Below are positions 62,237-64,000 of a stretch of 64,000 bases of DNA, one piece after another; the stretch's first letter is position 1, and every line of letters begins with the position of its first letter. The position numbers and the translations under genes are program-made. The stretch lies in the NCBI GenBank assembly GCA_016866335.1, contig VGMT01000011.1, positions 4,033 to 68,032 on the forward strand. The letters are read 5' to 3'. The notes under the pieces were generated by a model that saw nothing but the letters and a program-made list of their open reading frames with translations, was not told the origin of the DNA and searched no databases. This stretch comes from Bacteroidota bacterium (lineage in GTDB: Bacteria > Bacteroidota > Bacteroidia > CAIKAF01).

Positions 62237-63616
62237 TCAATGGGAAACCAATAGATAAGGGTAAATAAGCATGTAAACGCCTGCCCCAGCTAGGTATCCA
62301 AGCATGGCCAACCAGCCAATTTTCTTTAGGTACCAGAAAAAGTCGATTTTCTCCATTCCCATAACAGCAACACCTGCAGCTGAACCAATAATGAGCATTG
62401 ATCCACCTGTTCCAGCAGTGTAAGCTAGAAACTCCCAAAAACTACCGTCCACTGCAAAACCTTCTTTGCCAGACATAAAGGCTTCGCTGTACATACCCTG
62501 CGATGCGGCAACCAGAGGCACGTTGTCAACAATAGCCGATGCCGCGCCAATGGCCAACGCAATTACATGCCGATCACCAATGGCATGGTCCATCCATTCG
62601 GCCAAGGAATGCAGAATGCCCATGGACTGAAGGCCGCCAATGGCCAATAGAATTCCTAAGAAAAATAAAACGGAAGGAACATCGATTTTGGTAAGGGCAT
62701 GCAAGGCCGTATATTCTTTGCGGGCCTCTTCGTCTTTATCTAAGTGCAGAAGTTCAGAAACAATCCATATTATCGACAGAGAAATCAACATTCCAAGGTA
62801 GGGAGGTAAATGGGTGAAAATTTTAAATATAGGGACAAAAATTAGCCCCAAAACTCCAAGTACAAACATTAACCCCGAACCCTTAACCTGTTCGTCTTTT
62901 GATGCCTGGGTTGAATCGTATTCGTTCCGAACCACATCGCCTTTCAAGAACAAATTGGCCACCAAAATGGGCACAACCAAACATACCAACGAGGGTAAAA
63001 TCAAGGTTTTCATGATATTCACGTCGGTGATTTGTCCTTTGATCCAAAGCATGGTGGTAGTAACATCGCCAATGGGTGACCAAGCACCACCGGCATTGGC
63101 CGCAATAACCACAATGCCAACAAAAAACATCCGCTGTTTGTCGTCGTGAATCAATCTTCGAAGCAACGAAACCATTACAATGGCAGTGGTTAGGTTATCG
63201 AGAACTGAAGACAAGAAAAAGGTAACAATTCCAATGATCCAAAGCAATTTGCGTTGGTCTTTGGTCTTAATACGGTTGGTAATAACTTTAAAGCCTTGGT
63301 GAGCATCTACCGTTTCTACTATGGTCATAGCCCCCATTAAAAAGAACAGAATTTCTGAAATTTCACCCAAGTGTTCACGCAGAAAGAATTTTACTTTTTC
63401 TAAAAAGGTAAGCTCAATCCCCACAGGCAATTTTGAGGCAATTTCGTGGTCCATAAACGACAAAACCCCATCGGCAGATTGACCAAACCCGGCAAGGATG
63501 GTCCAAATTAAAGCTCCCGTTAATAAGGCCGGGGCTGTTTTATTGATTTTTAAAGGATGCTCAAAGGCGATTGCAGCGTATCCTAAAATGAAAATGAGAA
63601 CGGCAGCTAGTATCAT
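62237..63616 (-). CDS. nhaD: Na+/H+ antiporter NhaD
   Basis: LDNLTT, NAGGAWSPIGDVTT, VDNVPLV, GGSMLIIGSAAGV. Confidence 0.92.
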   Translation of the reverse strand: MILAAVLIFILGYAAIAFEHPLKINKTAPALLTGALIWTILAGFGQSADGVLSFMDHEIASKLPVGIELTFLEKVKFFLREHLGEISEILFFLMGAMTIVETVDAHQGFKVITNRIKTKDQRKLLWIIGIVTFFLSSVLDNLTTAIVMVSLLRRLIHDDKQRMFFVGIVVIAANAGGAWSPIGDVTTTMLWIKGQITDVNIMKTLILPSLVCLVVPILVANLFLKGDVVRNEYDSTQASKDEQVKGSGLMFVLGVLGLIFVPIFKIFTHLPPYLGMLISLSIIWIVSELLHLDKDEEARKEYTALHALTKIDVPSVLFFLGILLAIGGLQSMGILHSLAEWMDHAIGDRHVIALAIGAASAIVDNVPLVAASQGMYSEAFMSGKEGFAVDGSFWEFLAYTAGTGGSMLIIGSAAGVAVMGMEKIDFFWYLKKIGWLAMLGYLAGAGVYMLIYPYLLVSH

Positions 63617-63700
63617 TTTGGTTGGTTTTAGGCCTCAAATGTATACCATATCTGCAAAGTACAAAGCAGATTGAAGCCTTTTTTTAATCAATTTTAGGGC

Positions 63701-64000
63701 TCAATCAACCAAGGTTTTGGTGGCCCTTCCAATTATCTTTAAAATTTCAATATCCTCGGCATTTAAGGGATTGTTTTTCACCCTTAATTCCTCCAATTCG
63801 GGGGCATACATTAAAAATTCTGGGAAGGTGGTAAAGGAGTTCCCCGAAACATTCAAACGCCTTAAAGCTGGTAAACGGGCCAGTGCATTCGGCAAATGGC
63901 TTAATGCATTGTTTTCAAGGTCTAAAGTGTGAAGTTTATTAAGAACCGAAATGCCATCAGGTATAGAATCTAAGCGGCATCCATTCATAATTAATTGCTC
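63701..64000 (-). CDS. Leucine-rich-repeat protein, 5' end outside window
   Basis: LxxLxLxxN repeats (LHTLDLENN, LRRLNVSGN, LEELRVKNN); frame open to window edge. Confidence 0.85.
   Translation of the reverse strand, partial: EQLIMNGCRLDSIPDGISVLNKLHTLDLENNALSHLPNALARLPALRRLNVSGNSFTTFPEFLMYAPELEELRVKNNPLNAEDIEILKIIGRATKTLVD

Overview
A mostly housekeeping 64-kb chromosomal segment from a Bacteroidota bacterium. The evidence for the phylum is a SusC/SusD pair, a T9SS C-terminal domain, TAnnTTTG promoters and purH-mreBCD-mrdA-rodA synteny. It contains about 50 CDS and one tRNA-Lys(UUU). I saw no rRNA, CRISPR array, transposase or prophage. The main accessory block is a beta-1,3-glucan (laminarin-type) polysaccharide utilisation locus (PUL) at 12.7-25.3 kb. 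Main observations: (1) five dispersed ~140-150 nt GC-rich rod-like hairpin elements with conserved, co-varying termini and divergent interiors, resembling extended Flavo-1 motifs; two near-identical copies bracket the whole PUL as direct repeats; (2) a degenerate-Nudix NrtR-family regulator in the PUL with three matching 21-bp GT-N7-AC palindromes at PUL promoters; (3) an HD-domain/4TM/class III nucleotide cyclase fusion overlapping the end of xerD; (4) a gene for a small secreted protein split by one in-frame TAG, with an intact paralogue; (5) several probably leaderless genes. All calls come from reading motifs by eye; no database search or folding program was run, and some start codons are my best estimate.
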